A stretch of 60,813 nucleotides of DNA, filler included, from Trichosphaerium sp. ATCC 40318 (Eukaryota > Protista > Tubulinea), in the NCBI GenBank assembly GCA_038496445.1. It is 3 parts of 3 records of this genome, joined end to end, with 100 filler letters (N's around TTAATTAATTAA, not from the genome) between each part and the next. Parts side by side here need not be neighbours in the genome. Positions count along the whole stretch, not along the records: positions 24,574 to 46,899 come from JALMLS010000324.1; 2 more parts are not named here. One strand, given 5' to 3'. Positions 26,058 through 37,128 of the stretch are shown here, piece by piece. The notes beneath the pieces are model-generated. The model searched no databases. It was not told the origin of the DNA and worked only from the letters and a program-made list of their open reading frames with translations. Every line of letters begins with the position of its first letter. Positions within the stretch are counted from its first letter, which is position 1. Made by a program: the position numbers and the translations under genes.

Positions 26058-27061
26058 ATGACAACAATGGCACAAGGTAACAACAAAACAATAGCGTGGT
26101 TGGCTGAACTTACTTTGTTACTTAGCAGGCAAGGTAGAGTTGGGCTATTGGGCGATAAGGGGCCTTAGACAGCCATGTGTTTACATGCTGGAGTATTTGG
26201 AGTGGACATACACTGTACGTTCTTATTTTTCATGCGTGACGTTCCCACATGCTCACCACGTTGTAGGACAAACGTTATCAACAAGGTCCAAGGCCTGAAC
26301 TGTCACGAAAAGAGTGGACAGATGTCAAACCAACAATGGGTTTAGTACTACCAAACCTACCGTATCTCATTTGTGGTAAGAAACAACGCGTAATTGTAAG
26401 GTTAACGATAAGTAGAGAATGGTCCAAAGATTACGCAATCCAATGCTATACTGAGGTATTTGGGCAATTGCGCTGGCCTTGCAGGATCGAACCCTGCCGA
26501 AGCAGCAACCATTGACATGTGGGGTGATTTTGTACGTTATATGAACACGTGTTCGTCTTGTTAGAGAACTAACTTGCAAACAAAGGTAATGGACGTCAGA
26601 AATATGGCTGTCAGACACTACTACCGTTCGAATACTCCTGAATCTGTTGCCGAATTTAAAACCCAGAGATTAGCGCGTGCGTTTATTCAAATACGGCTTT
26701 TTTTTGATAGTGATTGTTAGCAAAGCTTGATCAGATAGCAACTCTTCTCAAAGACAATAAATTTTTGAACGGAGATAACTTGACGTGGCCTGATTTTCAT
26801 ATGGCCGAAATTTTGGATCAATACCGTTTGTTTGCACCTGAACTCTTTGAGAAACAAGGTAGGCGAATATAAATGCTAGGCTACGTCCATTCTGATGACT
26901 ATTTAGACGTGTTGATTGCTTACATTAAGCGATTCCAAGCTTTACCAAAGATTGCTGCTTATATCAAATCTGGACGCTTCCAAGCCTGGCCTGTAAATAA
27001 CGTTTCTGCAAGCTGGGGAGGCGACATTGCTAATCCTCCTAAAAACCTTATCCTTCAATAA
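26058..27061 (+). CDS. Glutathione S-transferase, mu-class-like
   Basis: LGYWAIRGL, PNLPYL, KITQSNAILRYLG, TWPDF, YIKRFQALPKIAAYIKS and WPVNN..ASWGG. Confidence 0.95.
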
Positions 27062-27259
27062 GGTGACACATAAATGTCACAACATTGGTTTCTATCGCCA
27101 CGAAATTGTACTAGTACCACGGGTACGCAATAAAATGAAAAGTCTCCCAGTTAGGCACTTTTTTTATTTTTCAGCGCCCGAAAGGCGTTTGGTCAAAATA
27201 AAGTAGCACAAACCCATTTTGGAAAGTCTAATAATACAGTAACACAACTTGTTGTTGGC

Positions 27260-29773
27260 ATGGTATTGTTTACAAAGGCACTCATACTCGCATGTTTCTA
27301 CTGCTTGTTCGCATTAACAAAAGCGCAAAGCCTGAGCGATCTGATAACAGTCTACGACATACCAGGTACCGAAACACAATTTGTTTTCGCGTTATTCAGA
27401 ATAAAATAGTCTGCTCGCTGCAGAACTTGCTTGGATGCTTAAGCGCGCTTTATCATCTCGTTGCGAAGCTAGGCATTTGTTTTTTACTCAATAAAACGGT
27501 TTTCAAGTTGATTTAACTGTTTTACAATTTCCTAGTTGGGGCTTCAGTCGCAAAAGGCTTGACAGTGTTCCGCTACAGACATTTCATCGGCAATAATCGA
27601 TCTCCAACTCCAATTTATGCGCACGTGTTGAAGGACCAGACAGCGAAGATTGCGTTTGCTGATACCGCAGGCGTAGTTCACTTATTGAGAGTCAGCGCCA
27701 CATACAAAGTCTTGGTTCGTTCATTTGTTTTCCCATCCCATAACTCTCTATGCCAACACGTCTTTAGAACCATTGGAAAACTTCTGGAAGGGAAGTCCGC
27801 GGATTGTGGGCTCACGAAACTTCAGAAAATGCCGAACATGATATGGAGGACGGTACGCTTAATGAACGATCCTTTCTGTTCATGCCTCCATTTACTGACA
27901 ACGTACTAGAACAAACTGCTCTTTTGATTAGGAAAGGAACGCCGTGCGCTGGTTGTGGACCTCCTGGACCATGCCCACCATGCGAAACACTTCATTTTGT
28001 GCGGTTTGATAACGCTGGGCGTGTCATTATGGATGCAAAAATAGATGATCGCATATATGACTTTACACTCGGTGAAGGGCGCCTAAACTTTGGCTATCAC
28101 AACGGAGACCTCGTATATCTAGCAGCTTATAAAGTGCACAGCATCACTTCAATGTGTAACAAGTTAGAGCCTGGGCACGAGGGCGATAGTTACAAGTATT
28201 TTCCATTCTCAGGTCCAGGCAGTTTTGACCCGACAAAGGCTGTGGGTCGTAGCTCCAGCCCTGTTTACGGTACTTGCTGGGGTTGTAGGTACGTACAAGT
28301 CCGCACTCTGCATTTGTTAATTGTCCTATGCAAATAGTCACAGCTTGGACTTGAGAGTGGCGCAGACCAACGACACCATGGTTCCAATATGTCTATCAGA
28401 CGCTTTTCCAATTCAAGGCATTGTGTGGGGCAACAACAAAGCGTGCGTAAGGCTGTTGTCATCCTTTGCTTACATTGTTTGTTCAGGAAAGCGTATGCAT
28501 CGATTAGTGGGCAAGGAGGGTACTCAGATGGGACGCTAGGAGGGCTGACACACAAGCAGTACGGATAAATCATTATTTTTTTAGCAAGCCAGCTGTAATT
28601 CTTGTGTAGCACTGATGATGGCTGGATAATGGCCATTGGTCTGCCTCGAACTGGAAACACGTACAACGATAATGGCATAGACATCGCATTGGTAAATATT
28701 GATGAAGCAGGTACACACTTGGCACTTTGATTGTGGAATTCATGCACCTTACGCGTATAGGCGATATGGTGGGTAATCTCAACTTCATTACAAATACAAA
28801 CGGCGTTTATGAGCGCGGCATTCACTTAAAAAAGTTTGGACCTAATTACCTATGTATGCACCCTACCCTTGAACGTTTACCACTGAATACAACGTGTCTT
28901 GCCATTGACAACACATAGTGGCATGGTGGGAGAGCGAGTCTGCATCATGGACCTCAACGCGCAAGTATTACCTTGCAGAGATTACTGCTGCAGGGCAATT
29001 CATACGCAGCAAAACAGAAGTAACCGAAACAGCTATTTTTGCAGAGCGCATGGACTTCACAGAGTATCCCAATGGAGATGTTGGTTGGGTACTAAACTAC
29101 GTGAATTAACTTCAAATTGCTAATATTACAAAAAGGCTTTTGCATGGCCAAACAGCACTAAAAAAGAAGTCTTTTCTCCAGCAGACAACCTCAAAGGAGT
29201 ACGACTATTCTACCAAGCAAGCAATGCTGATGGACTACCCACTGGTACACCTTCCAACCATTATACACACATTGCTAATTTTGAATAGGTGAGGCACGTG
29301 CCAATGCTAATGACGATGAAGGAGGAAGTAGTGCTGGTGTTGCAATTGGTATTGTATTCTTTTTATTGGTAGTGATTGTTGTTGTGCTTGTCATTTTAGG
29401 CTATCTTTACTATCGCAAAAATGGTGTACCAGAATTTCTTTCGTATGTGTAGTACTTTGGTTTTTTATTTGCTAACATTTGTAGCAACCTTGGAGGAAAT
29501 GGCTCAAGTTCAGGAGCTAGTGGCTCAATACAACCACAAACTACTCAGCCCTCACCTACTCCTGCTCTTACACCTTCTCCAAAACCTTTACCTGTACCAG
29601 GTGCAGCAAAAAGTCTGTGGTTTGTTTTTGGTGGGCTTGGTAGTGGAATTTGTTGCAGGGAGCTCTGTATCTGTTTGGTACCAGGCATAGGAGGAGGGGA
29701 AGGAGGGGGAGTAAAAGTAGGATTCCAATCATTCCATGAATCATTGAGATTTTGTAACCAATCACAGGTCTAA
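27260..29773 (+). CDS. Type I membrane protein with large extracellular domain; last exon runs into transposon sequence
   Basis: Signal peptide MVLFTKALILACFYCLFALTKA; ectodomain with GHEGD and WGCSHS; TM GVAIGIVFFLLVVIVVVLVILGYLYY; Pro-rich tail. The frame continues through antisense LINE sequence to TAA at 29771-29773. Confidence 0.8.
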
Positions 29774-30822
29774 AAATTAAAGTGGTATATACCAGTTTTT
29801 TTATGGTATATACCACTTTTTTCAACAAAATGGTATATGGACTGGTATATACCATTTTGAAATACCACTTTTTTTAAAAATTAAGTGAATAAAAAGTGGT
29901 ATATAGAAGTGGTATATACCACTTTTCATTCACATAATGAGACCTTCTAAAAATGGTATATAAAGTGGTATATACCACTTTTTTTATGGTATGTGGTATA
30001 TACCACCTTTTTATTGGTATATACCACTTTTATGGTATGCTTCAAGAAGGTCATTAAGGAGCTTTTTGGTAATGGGTTTTCTTGTTGAACGATCATGGAC
30101 GTCATACATTGAACGGTGCGTAGAGACCTTAGTATATCATAGAATCTAACCAAACCAAGCTCATTCGGACCGCAGGACCTGATTCCAGTACCAGCATTGA
30201 GGAAACTATATTGCAGGTATTATACAGACGTTCGTGGGTACCAGACAAAGTTTTATTTTATTTTCGTTTGATATACATTAACCGACCTCCGTAGGCCTTA
30301 GTAATTGATAGATTCAGGTGGGACCACTTTCATTAGGTGCGCAGCATGTTTTTACAGTAGGCACAGCAAGCTCATGGAGATGGACGAATTTTCCAGACGC
30401 CCATAGTAATGTAACTGTAGTGGACATTGTCCAAAACTTGTAACTCACAAACTGTGTATTAAATAAAGTGTATTTTCTGGAATTGCAGGTGTACTATAAG
30501 TAAGCATAAAGTGGTTATAAGAGTGGTATATACCATGAAAAACTGGTATAAAAAAGTGGTATATAACTGGTATATACCTAAAAAAAGTGGTATAAAAAAG
30601 TGGTATATTTTTTTTTTCTGGTGAAAAAAAGTGGTATATTTTCTGTTTTTATACCTGTTTTTTTTGGTATATTGTTGGTATATTTGGTCAATATACCACT
30701 TTTTTTGGTATATTTCGGTCAAAATATACCACTTTTTTTGGTATATACCATAAAAAACTGGTATAAAAAAGTGGTATAAAAGTGGTATATACCAAAAAAA
30801 CTGGTATATTTTTTTAGACCTG
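29765..30822. mobile_element. Non-autonomous DNA transposon 1: TIR CAGGTCTAAAAA, 2-bp TSD CA, subterminal palindromic GTGGTATATACCAC repeats
   Basis: Termini CAGGTCTAAAAA...TTTTTAGACCTG, with CA at 29763-64 and 30823-24. Removing the element plus one CA restores the LINE frame QWQTT-DWLQNL. Confidence 0.92.
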
Positions 30823-31999
30823 CAGTGGTCTGCCACTGATTACCTATAAGTACAAATTTGTCTGAGGACATAGAATCTTTAAGTATGTGAGAGTTGATAA
30901 TATTGGAGGCTACTAGAATGTTATGTTGGTGCCATACCAAGATTTCTTGGATGCTGGGAGTATCATCATCATGAAGTACCTTGTTACGGACTTTTCATAT
31001 GCAATGCATGATAGAGCATATGTGAACAGCTTTTTCTTTGTTAAGAAGAAAAAGTAAAATGTTTTCAGTCCAAGGCTTTGTAATAATATTGGAAATGTGT
31101 TTGATAAGCAAATTACCTATGGCTACTGCTTTAGACCAGCTGAAAAAAAAGGCATGTCTGTGAAGTGGATATGAAACATTAGTATGCCGGACAGGTAGTA
31201 GCCTAAGAAAGTACTTCCAAACTACATCCCTAGCACGGTTAATGCTCCTAAGAGATGAAATGTTTTTCAGAATGGAGTGAACCTTCCAACCTTTGCTGTA
31301 CAATGCAGCTAGAGTAGGTGGCCATATAACCTGTTCTGGCTTGGGCATATTGAACTTAGCAATGTCAGAGACCTTAAGGTTTTTGAGTAGGTGGAATGGG
31401 AATTTTCCTTGCTTTAACCCGCCATTGGTATCTGCAATAGTTGTCTATGGTGGATGAGTGGGAATTCCAAAGATCAGTGTAGAGAGTGGGTATAGCTAAG
31501 TGTCTGGACCAAAGAGAGGCCTTAAAGTTGTCAGTTATGGATCGGAGAGATGGGAGATTGAGACCACCTAAATGAAAAGGTAGTTCAACCCTACTTCCTA
31601 TAGGTGAGTGGTACATATGAGATTCATCATTGACTTTAACAACATTACCAGCAGTTAGGTGGCATCTGTAAAACATGAACCAGTTGCGGATGTTGTTCCA
31701 CCTGTTTTCAACCGAGATGGGGATAGCTAAAGGCCGACAGAAATATAGAACTTGGGACTGGGCATAAGTGCGAAAGATTGCTTGACATGCCTTTAGTGTA
31801 CGAGCATAAGGTTTCCAGGACACAAGAGACTTGACAACACTATCTAATGCTTGATGGAAGTTGAAGGTAAGGGTACCTGAAGGGCTCAAAGCAAAGCCTA
31901 GGTACTTTGTGACTGGGGTGGATGGGAGAATCTGTTGGTTATTGCCAACGACATTGATTTGGAATGATTTGGACATGTTGAGAAATAATCCAGAGGCTG

Positions 32000-33269
32000 C
32001 AGTACTGGAATCGGGATTTTGACCCGTACTAAACCCGTACGGAACCCGTACTTTTGACCCGTACTTAACCCGTACGGGTTCCGTACTTTTGACCCGTACT
32101 AAACCCGTACGGAACCCGTACTTTTGACCCGTACTTAACCCGTACGGGTTCCGTATTGTTGACCCGTACTTTACCCATACGGGTTACGTACGGGATCCGT
32201 ACGGGTAGAGTACAATTAAATAATATGAAAAATTGAATACAGAATATACTCCTCTTTTTCCATACAATGTATGTGTACACATATATCACATGTGTGCCAA
32301 AACCACAACCATCAGTATACACTTGCAATCAAAAAAAAAATTTGGCCATCAAATTTTGTTTGGATTTGGCAATCAAAAAATCCAAAAAAAAATTACTGCA
32401 ATTAAATGGCAGCTTGTAATCGTAAGGTACAAAAACATGTATTATTAATAGATGAGGGTGTTTTAAGGTTATTAGGGCATTTACTTAAAAAGTAGAGGAG
32501 AAAACTTAATAAAGTGCAAAATGTAGCTTTTTGCTGAATTTTGTTGTTTTATTGAATAACTTTGGTCTGACTGTACAAACTGCTCAGAAAATGTAGCATT
32601 AGGTATATTTAGGTACAATGCATGGTTTCATGATGGTTTGGGGATCAACTCACCATTTTTAGGCAAAAACGACAGAAAATATGTATTTGGAGTAGTTTAA
32701 GGATATTATGGCCTAATAGCTCTATTAAACCACTTTTTAAAGGCGATTATGGGTTTCAAGCATTTTTCTGAAGTAGTCGTTAAGTTGTGGATATTAAGTT
32801 GGGTTTTAGGACAATTAAGGCATGATGTCTAAAATATCTCCTCAAACAGGTCAAAAACATGGTCGTTTAGTGGTAATGGGGTTGTAATGTAATGTAATGT
32901 ATTGTAATGTGTTGTAATGTAAATGTACTTGTAATAGTTAAGAAAACAATAAACCAATCCATCGTTTTTACTATTTTGTGTACACAATTATAACTGCTGA
33001 CACATATTTTGACCCGTACCTAACCCGTACGGGTTCCGTACTTTTGACCCGTACAAAACCCGTACGGAACCCGTACTTTTGACCCGTACTCAACCCGTAC
33101 GGAACCCGTACTTTTGACCCGTACTCAACCCATACGGGTTCCGTACTTTTGACCCGGATTAAACCCGTACGTAACCCGTACTTTCGACCCGTACAAAACC
33201 CGTACAGAATCCATACTTTTTGACCCGTACTCTACCCGTACATTATCCGTACTCCCGATTTTACTACTG
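32000..33269. mobile_element. Non-autonomous DNA transposon 2: imperfect TIR CAGTA(C/G)T(GG/AA)AATCGGGA, 2-bp TSD TG, 35-bp ACCCGTAC-based tandem arrays
   Basis: TG at 31998-99 and 33270-71. Excision restores the RT motif DFSS-ASGLFLNMSKS. Arrays of TTTTGACCCGTACTAAACCCGTACGGAACCCGTAC at ~32017-32210 and ~33007-33255. Confidence 0.92.
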
Positions 33270-33703
33270 TGAAGAAAAGTCATTAGTATGGCGTAAACAA
33301 GTTTGAATGTCTGCATCAGAGGTAGCTGTAATGAGAGCATCATTGGCAAACAATATTTGTTTGAGTAGCATCATTGCTGCTTTGGCTCCAGAGATAGAAG
33401 GATCAGAAGTTATAGCCCGACTAAGGGGTTCCAACATGAGAGCAAAGAGAGTGGGGCTAAGGGGGTTGCCTTGACCAGTACCTCGTTCCACTTTAAACGA
33501 CTTATTGGAAATGGTGCCATTAATACGGACAGAGACATTGATTTGTAGCAGGTTGACAATGGAGGTAGCTATGACCAAAGGGATGCCAATATGGACCAGG
33601 ATCATGACAAGCACATTATGGGCACAGCGTGTACACAAAATAGTAAAAATGATGATGGTTTATTGTTTTCTTAATTATTGCTCACCCCAAAGCCGATCAT
33701 CTC

Positions 33704-35457
33704 CAATCGTTAACAATAAAACATGTATTTTCAGCCAAGTAAACAATAGTTAGGTTTGTATCAGCATGGCTTTAAAAGTAGGTAGAAAAATCTAAAAATA
33801 CCCAAAAACCAACAATTTCTTGATTTTCCTATTTTTTGTGAATAACTCAGGTCTACTAGTACAAATCCTTTAAAAAACGAAGTATGGCCCACTATTAGGT
33901 ACAATGCATGGTTTCATGGTGGTTTGGGTTTCAGTGCCCCTTTTGCCTAAATAGATATGGTTTACTGTGCACTCAATTGGGTAGTTGAAAACACAAACAA
34001 CAAAATAAGAAAAAGTTGTCACTACTGTTAGAAAATAGATATTTAGGGTAGTTTTCTTGCTATGTTGTTTTTGTTGCTGATGTAGCACTTGCACAAAAGT
34101 AATGATAAGCACAAAAAATGTGTTGTTGGCCATTTTATTGAGTTTTGACTTTAAGTTGTATCAAAATTCCAGTAACCACCTTTTGTGAAGCATAATTCCA
34201 ACCAACAATAGCATGAGACCTTTATGGATTTAATTGATGATTTACTGGACTTGCCATCACCTGTGTATGCTTTTGCAAGGGCATTTCACAGGAGTGTTAC
34301 TCCATCCAACAAGAGCTTTATAGATGTTGTATCAATCAAAAAGCGAAAGTTTAAAAAAAACAGTCCAAGAAAAAAAGAAAACAAAACATGCCAACAAATT
34401 ATTATGATGTTTCTGGAGATTACTATGGATTTACTGAGGATGGTGGCTATTGTTTCATTGAGCAATTACAAATATATTGGCAAGGCAGTGAAGAAACTTT
34501 GTCAACTGTTAAACAGCAATTTGGACAACCACCAACACTGAGTGAAAACTCTTAAAGAGTGGTGTAAATTAATGGCATTAATCAAGCATTTCAAAACATG
34601 CCACCCTTGGCTTATGTAGGCAATGCCAAAACCCTTTTTGTTCAATGAAGAGATGTTTGATTGTTCATGTTTGTATACTTTTAAGGTAGATATATAACAG
34701 CAAGCAGCGCTCTTAGTATTTTATCAATTCTAATGAAACATAGCTCATTTGAACCTCAGCACCCAAATACACCTATTCACAAGACAAAGATGAATTACAT
34801 GTAATACAAAGTGATTTAACAATACTGTGGAACTTTTTTTTGTAATTGTACATTGTTGTCCACATGCTGGCCATGCAAATTGCACATTTTGGACACATTT
34901 TGGGCATGTTTATTTTCCATGTTTTGGGCATGTTTTGGGCGCACTTATTTGCCACATTTTGGGCACGTTTTGGGCATGCTTATTTGCCACGCATATTGCA
35001 CATTTTGGGCACACATAAAACATCACTTTATAGAAGAAAAGAAAATAATGATTTATTACAATACATAACACATAACAATTACAAAGAGGTTTGGTACAAT
35101 TATTACAAACTTTACATAAAACTATCCCCACATAAACAATATGCAGTTTATGGAGTTTTTGAGCCATAATATCCTTAAACTACCCTAAATATCTATTTTC
35201 TATTGTTTTTGCCTTAAAAAGAGGCATTGAACCCCAAACCACCATAAAACCATGCATCATATCTAATAGTGGGCCATACTTCATTTTTTAAAGGATTTGT
35301 ACTAGTAGACCTGAGTTATTCACAAAAAATAGGAAAATCAAGAAATTGTTGGTTTTTGGGTATTTTTACATTTTTCCACCTACTTTTAAAGCCATGCTGA
35401 TACAAACCTAACTACTGCTTACTTGGGTGAAAATACATGTTTTATTGTTAATGATTG
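33704..35457. repeat. ~240-bp inverted repeat pair (33704-33945 / 35217-35457)
   Basis: Near-identical reverse-complement blocks, e.g. TTAGGTTTGTATCAGCATGGCTTTAAAAGTAGGT and ACCTACTTTTAAAGCCATGCTGATACAAACCTAA. Confidence 0.9.
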
Positions 35458-35690
35458 GCTTTGGGGTGAAATGGTTGAGTTTTGAATTTGTCATTTTTTT
35501 ATTTTGAATTTTTGGCCAAATTTCTATTAAAGACAGGGCATGGTTAAAACATGCAAATGTCACATTTTGAACATGTTTATTGCAAATATACAACATGCTA
35601 ATGGCATGTTTTGGCCATGTTTTGAGTACATTTATTTTCCACGCATATGGCACGTTTTGGGCATGCATATTTTGTTTGATTCCACCACTG
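34870..35690. repeat. Two degenerate arrays of TTTTGGGCA(T/C)G / ATTTGCCAC motifs (34870-35015, 35540-35670), likely subterminal repeats
   Basis: Repeated motifs visible directly; the second array ends at a CAG-type terminus at 35690. Confidence 0.7.
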
Positions 35691-36339
35691 TCATCAATTC
35701 TAACAAAAAAATGCTTGTTTTTGACCAAATGCATGGTTTATGCTAGTTTTACTATTTAGTAGGCTTTTGGTTTCAAATGCCAACTCCAGTTTTAGCCCTG
35801 TTTCACAACTTGCAACTGTTTTTATGTAAATGAAAATAGGTGGAGGGGAATTGTTATGTTGATATAAGAGTTTTTGGAAAAGAAGCTAACATATTTAAAA
35901 GTAGAAACACACCCACTGACACCAGTATATTTACTGGCCAGAAAAAGTGATGGCAACAACAATAATAACCCTTAAAAAGTAGAGAAGAAAACTTAATAAA
36001 GTGCAAAATGTAGCTTTTTACTGGGTTTTGGTTGTTTTATTGCATAACTTTGGACTCACTGTAAACTGCTCAGAAAATGTAGCATTAGGTATAATTAAGA
36101 CAATTGTGGTGTTTTTGAAGCCAATACCCAACACTTGGACTAACAAAAGTAGGGTATTTATTTTCTTTGAGTAAGCTTACCATAAATGCAATAGGCTCAA
36201 GTGTTTTCTTGATTTGAAAAACATTGACTCATTTATGCTGAAGGACATTGCTTAAAAAATCAAAACAAAGTATATCTTTGCTGTTTTTGACACATGCTTG
36301 GTATTGCTTGTGAGCAATGGTCAAAACATCACAGTGCTT

Positions 36340-37020
36340 AAAAAAATGTTCTAACATGTGGTAAGTAGAGCTTCACCTGTAAGTTTAAAGAAAAACAAAC
36401 ATGTGTACTTTGTTGTTGTAATATCCAAAAAGTAAAACTTGTAGTGGTAACTGACTTTTCTAGTATAGTTTTGACACTGGCTGAGTTTACCACCAATTTT
36501 GTATTTGGTAACTTGTATTGCACATTGAGTGAATGCACAAACTCACCAATTCAAGCTCATCTAAAAGGAACAACAGTGAGTTTGAAGCAAGAGAAAGAGT
36601 GTAAAAGTAAAGCACTTGTAATTTTAAATGGTTTTGATTTTGTTAAAATCCACATATCCAATCTATTATCAATTTTCTTTTGTTTTGCTTTTGATAAAGG
36701 ATGCAGATTTTGAATACAAAAATGTGTAAGTGGCAGTTGAACTGTTTTCTCAGTGGTGGTTAAGGATTGGACATGTATGTGAAATGTGCCTAGCCAGAGA
36801 GCTTCAGTAGTGAAATCAAAAGTATGTGTGTATTGTATGTGTCAAAATCCTGATTTCACTACTGTAGTGCTTATTTCTTTTTTAAAGAGTGCCTTACAGA
36901 AATGTCACTGTGTTCCATGTGGCGTATCTACCATATGACCAAGGGTAAATACATGTGAGCATGTTGCTATTGTCTTTTTTGGTTTTGGAGGTAGTTTTGC
37001 CAGCAGATTGCATTTCAAGT
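36340..37020 (-). pseudogene. hAT (ZBED-like) transposase N-terminal relic with BED zinc finger
   Basis: *HFCKALFKKEIST-SSLARHISHTCP (BED finger, read after removing the 60-bp insert), then KQKKIDNRLDMWILTKSKPFKIT and LNVQYKLPNTK. Contains stops and frameshifts. Confidence 0.65.
36805..36864. mobile_element. 60-bp minimal derivative of DNA transposon family 2
   Basis: 14-bp perfect TIR CAGTAGTGAAATCA...TGATTTCACTACTG, related to the ends of 32000-33269. Flanks are TT/TA; removing the element plus 2 bp restores the BED-finger frame. Confidence 0.8.
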
Positions 37021-37128
37021 AACAACAACTTATCAAAATAACCAAAAAAAACAAATTTAGGACACTGGAAAAAACAATACTAAGATTTTGGGTGGCAAAT
37101 TCTTAATGTTCACAAGTCCACGTTGCAA

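Larger units (their letters stand above)
29612..33624 (-). mobile_element. Degenerate non-LTR retrotransposon (L1/Tx1-like ORF2: RT + C-terminal region), 5' part missing, interrupted by two DNA elements
   Basis: RT motifs VRINGTIS..FKVERGTGQGNPLSPTLF, LFAND, FSSASGLFLNMSKS, KYLGF, GGLNLP and CI*KVRN. Frameshift near 31360. Left boundary approximate. Confidence 0.9.
33625..36140. mobile_element. Composite DNA-transposon-derived segment beginning CAGCGTGTACACAAAATAG after a CA; right end not resolved
   Basis: The LINE RT frame stops abruptly at 33624. The same terminal sequence occurs inverted at ~32938-32999. 32484-32610 is repeated at ~35971-36095. Another CAG-type end (GATTCCACCACTG) lies at 35690. 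Confidence 0.6.

Noticed and set aside
29568-30836. ORF-track proteins rich in VYT/WYI/YTT
   Set aside because: Translations of the palindromic subterminal repeats, not genes.
32017-33255. 35-bp repeats as a CRISPR array
   Set aside because: Head-to-tail tandem units without unique spacers, no cas genes, eukaryotic context; they lie inside a TIR element.
34773-35746. Multiple overlapping short ORFs
   Set aside because: Arise from low-complexity TTTTGGGCATG arrays.
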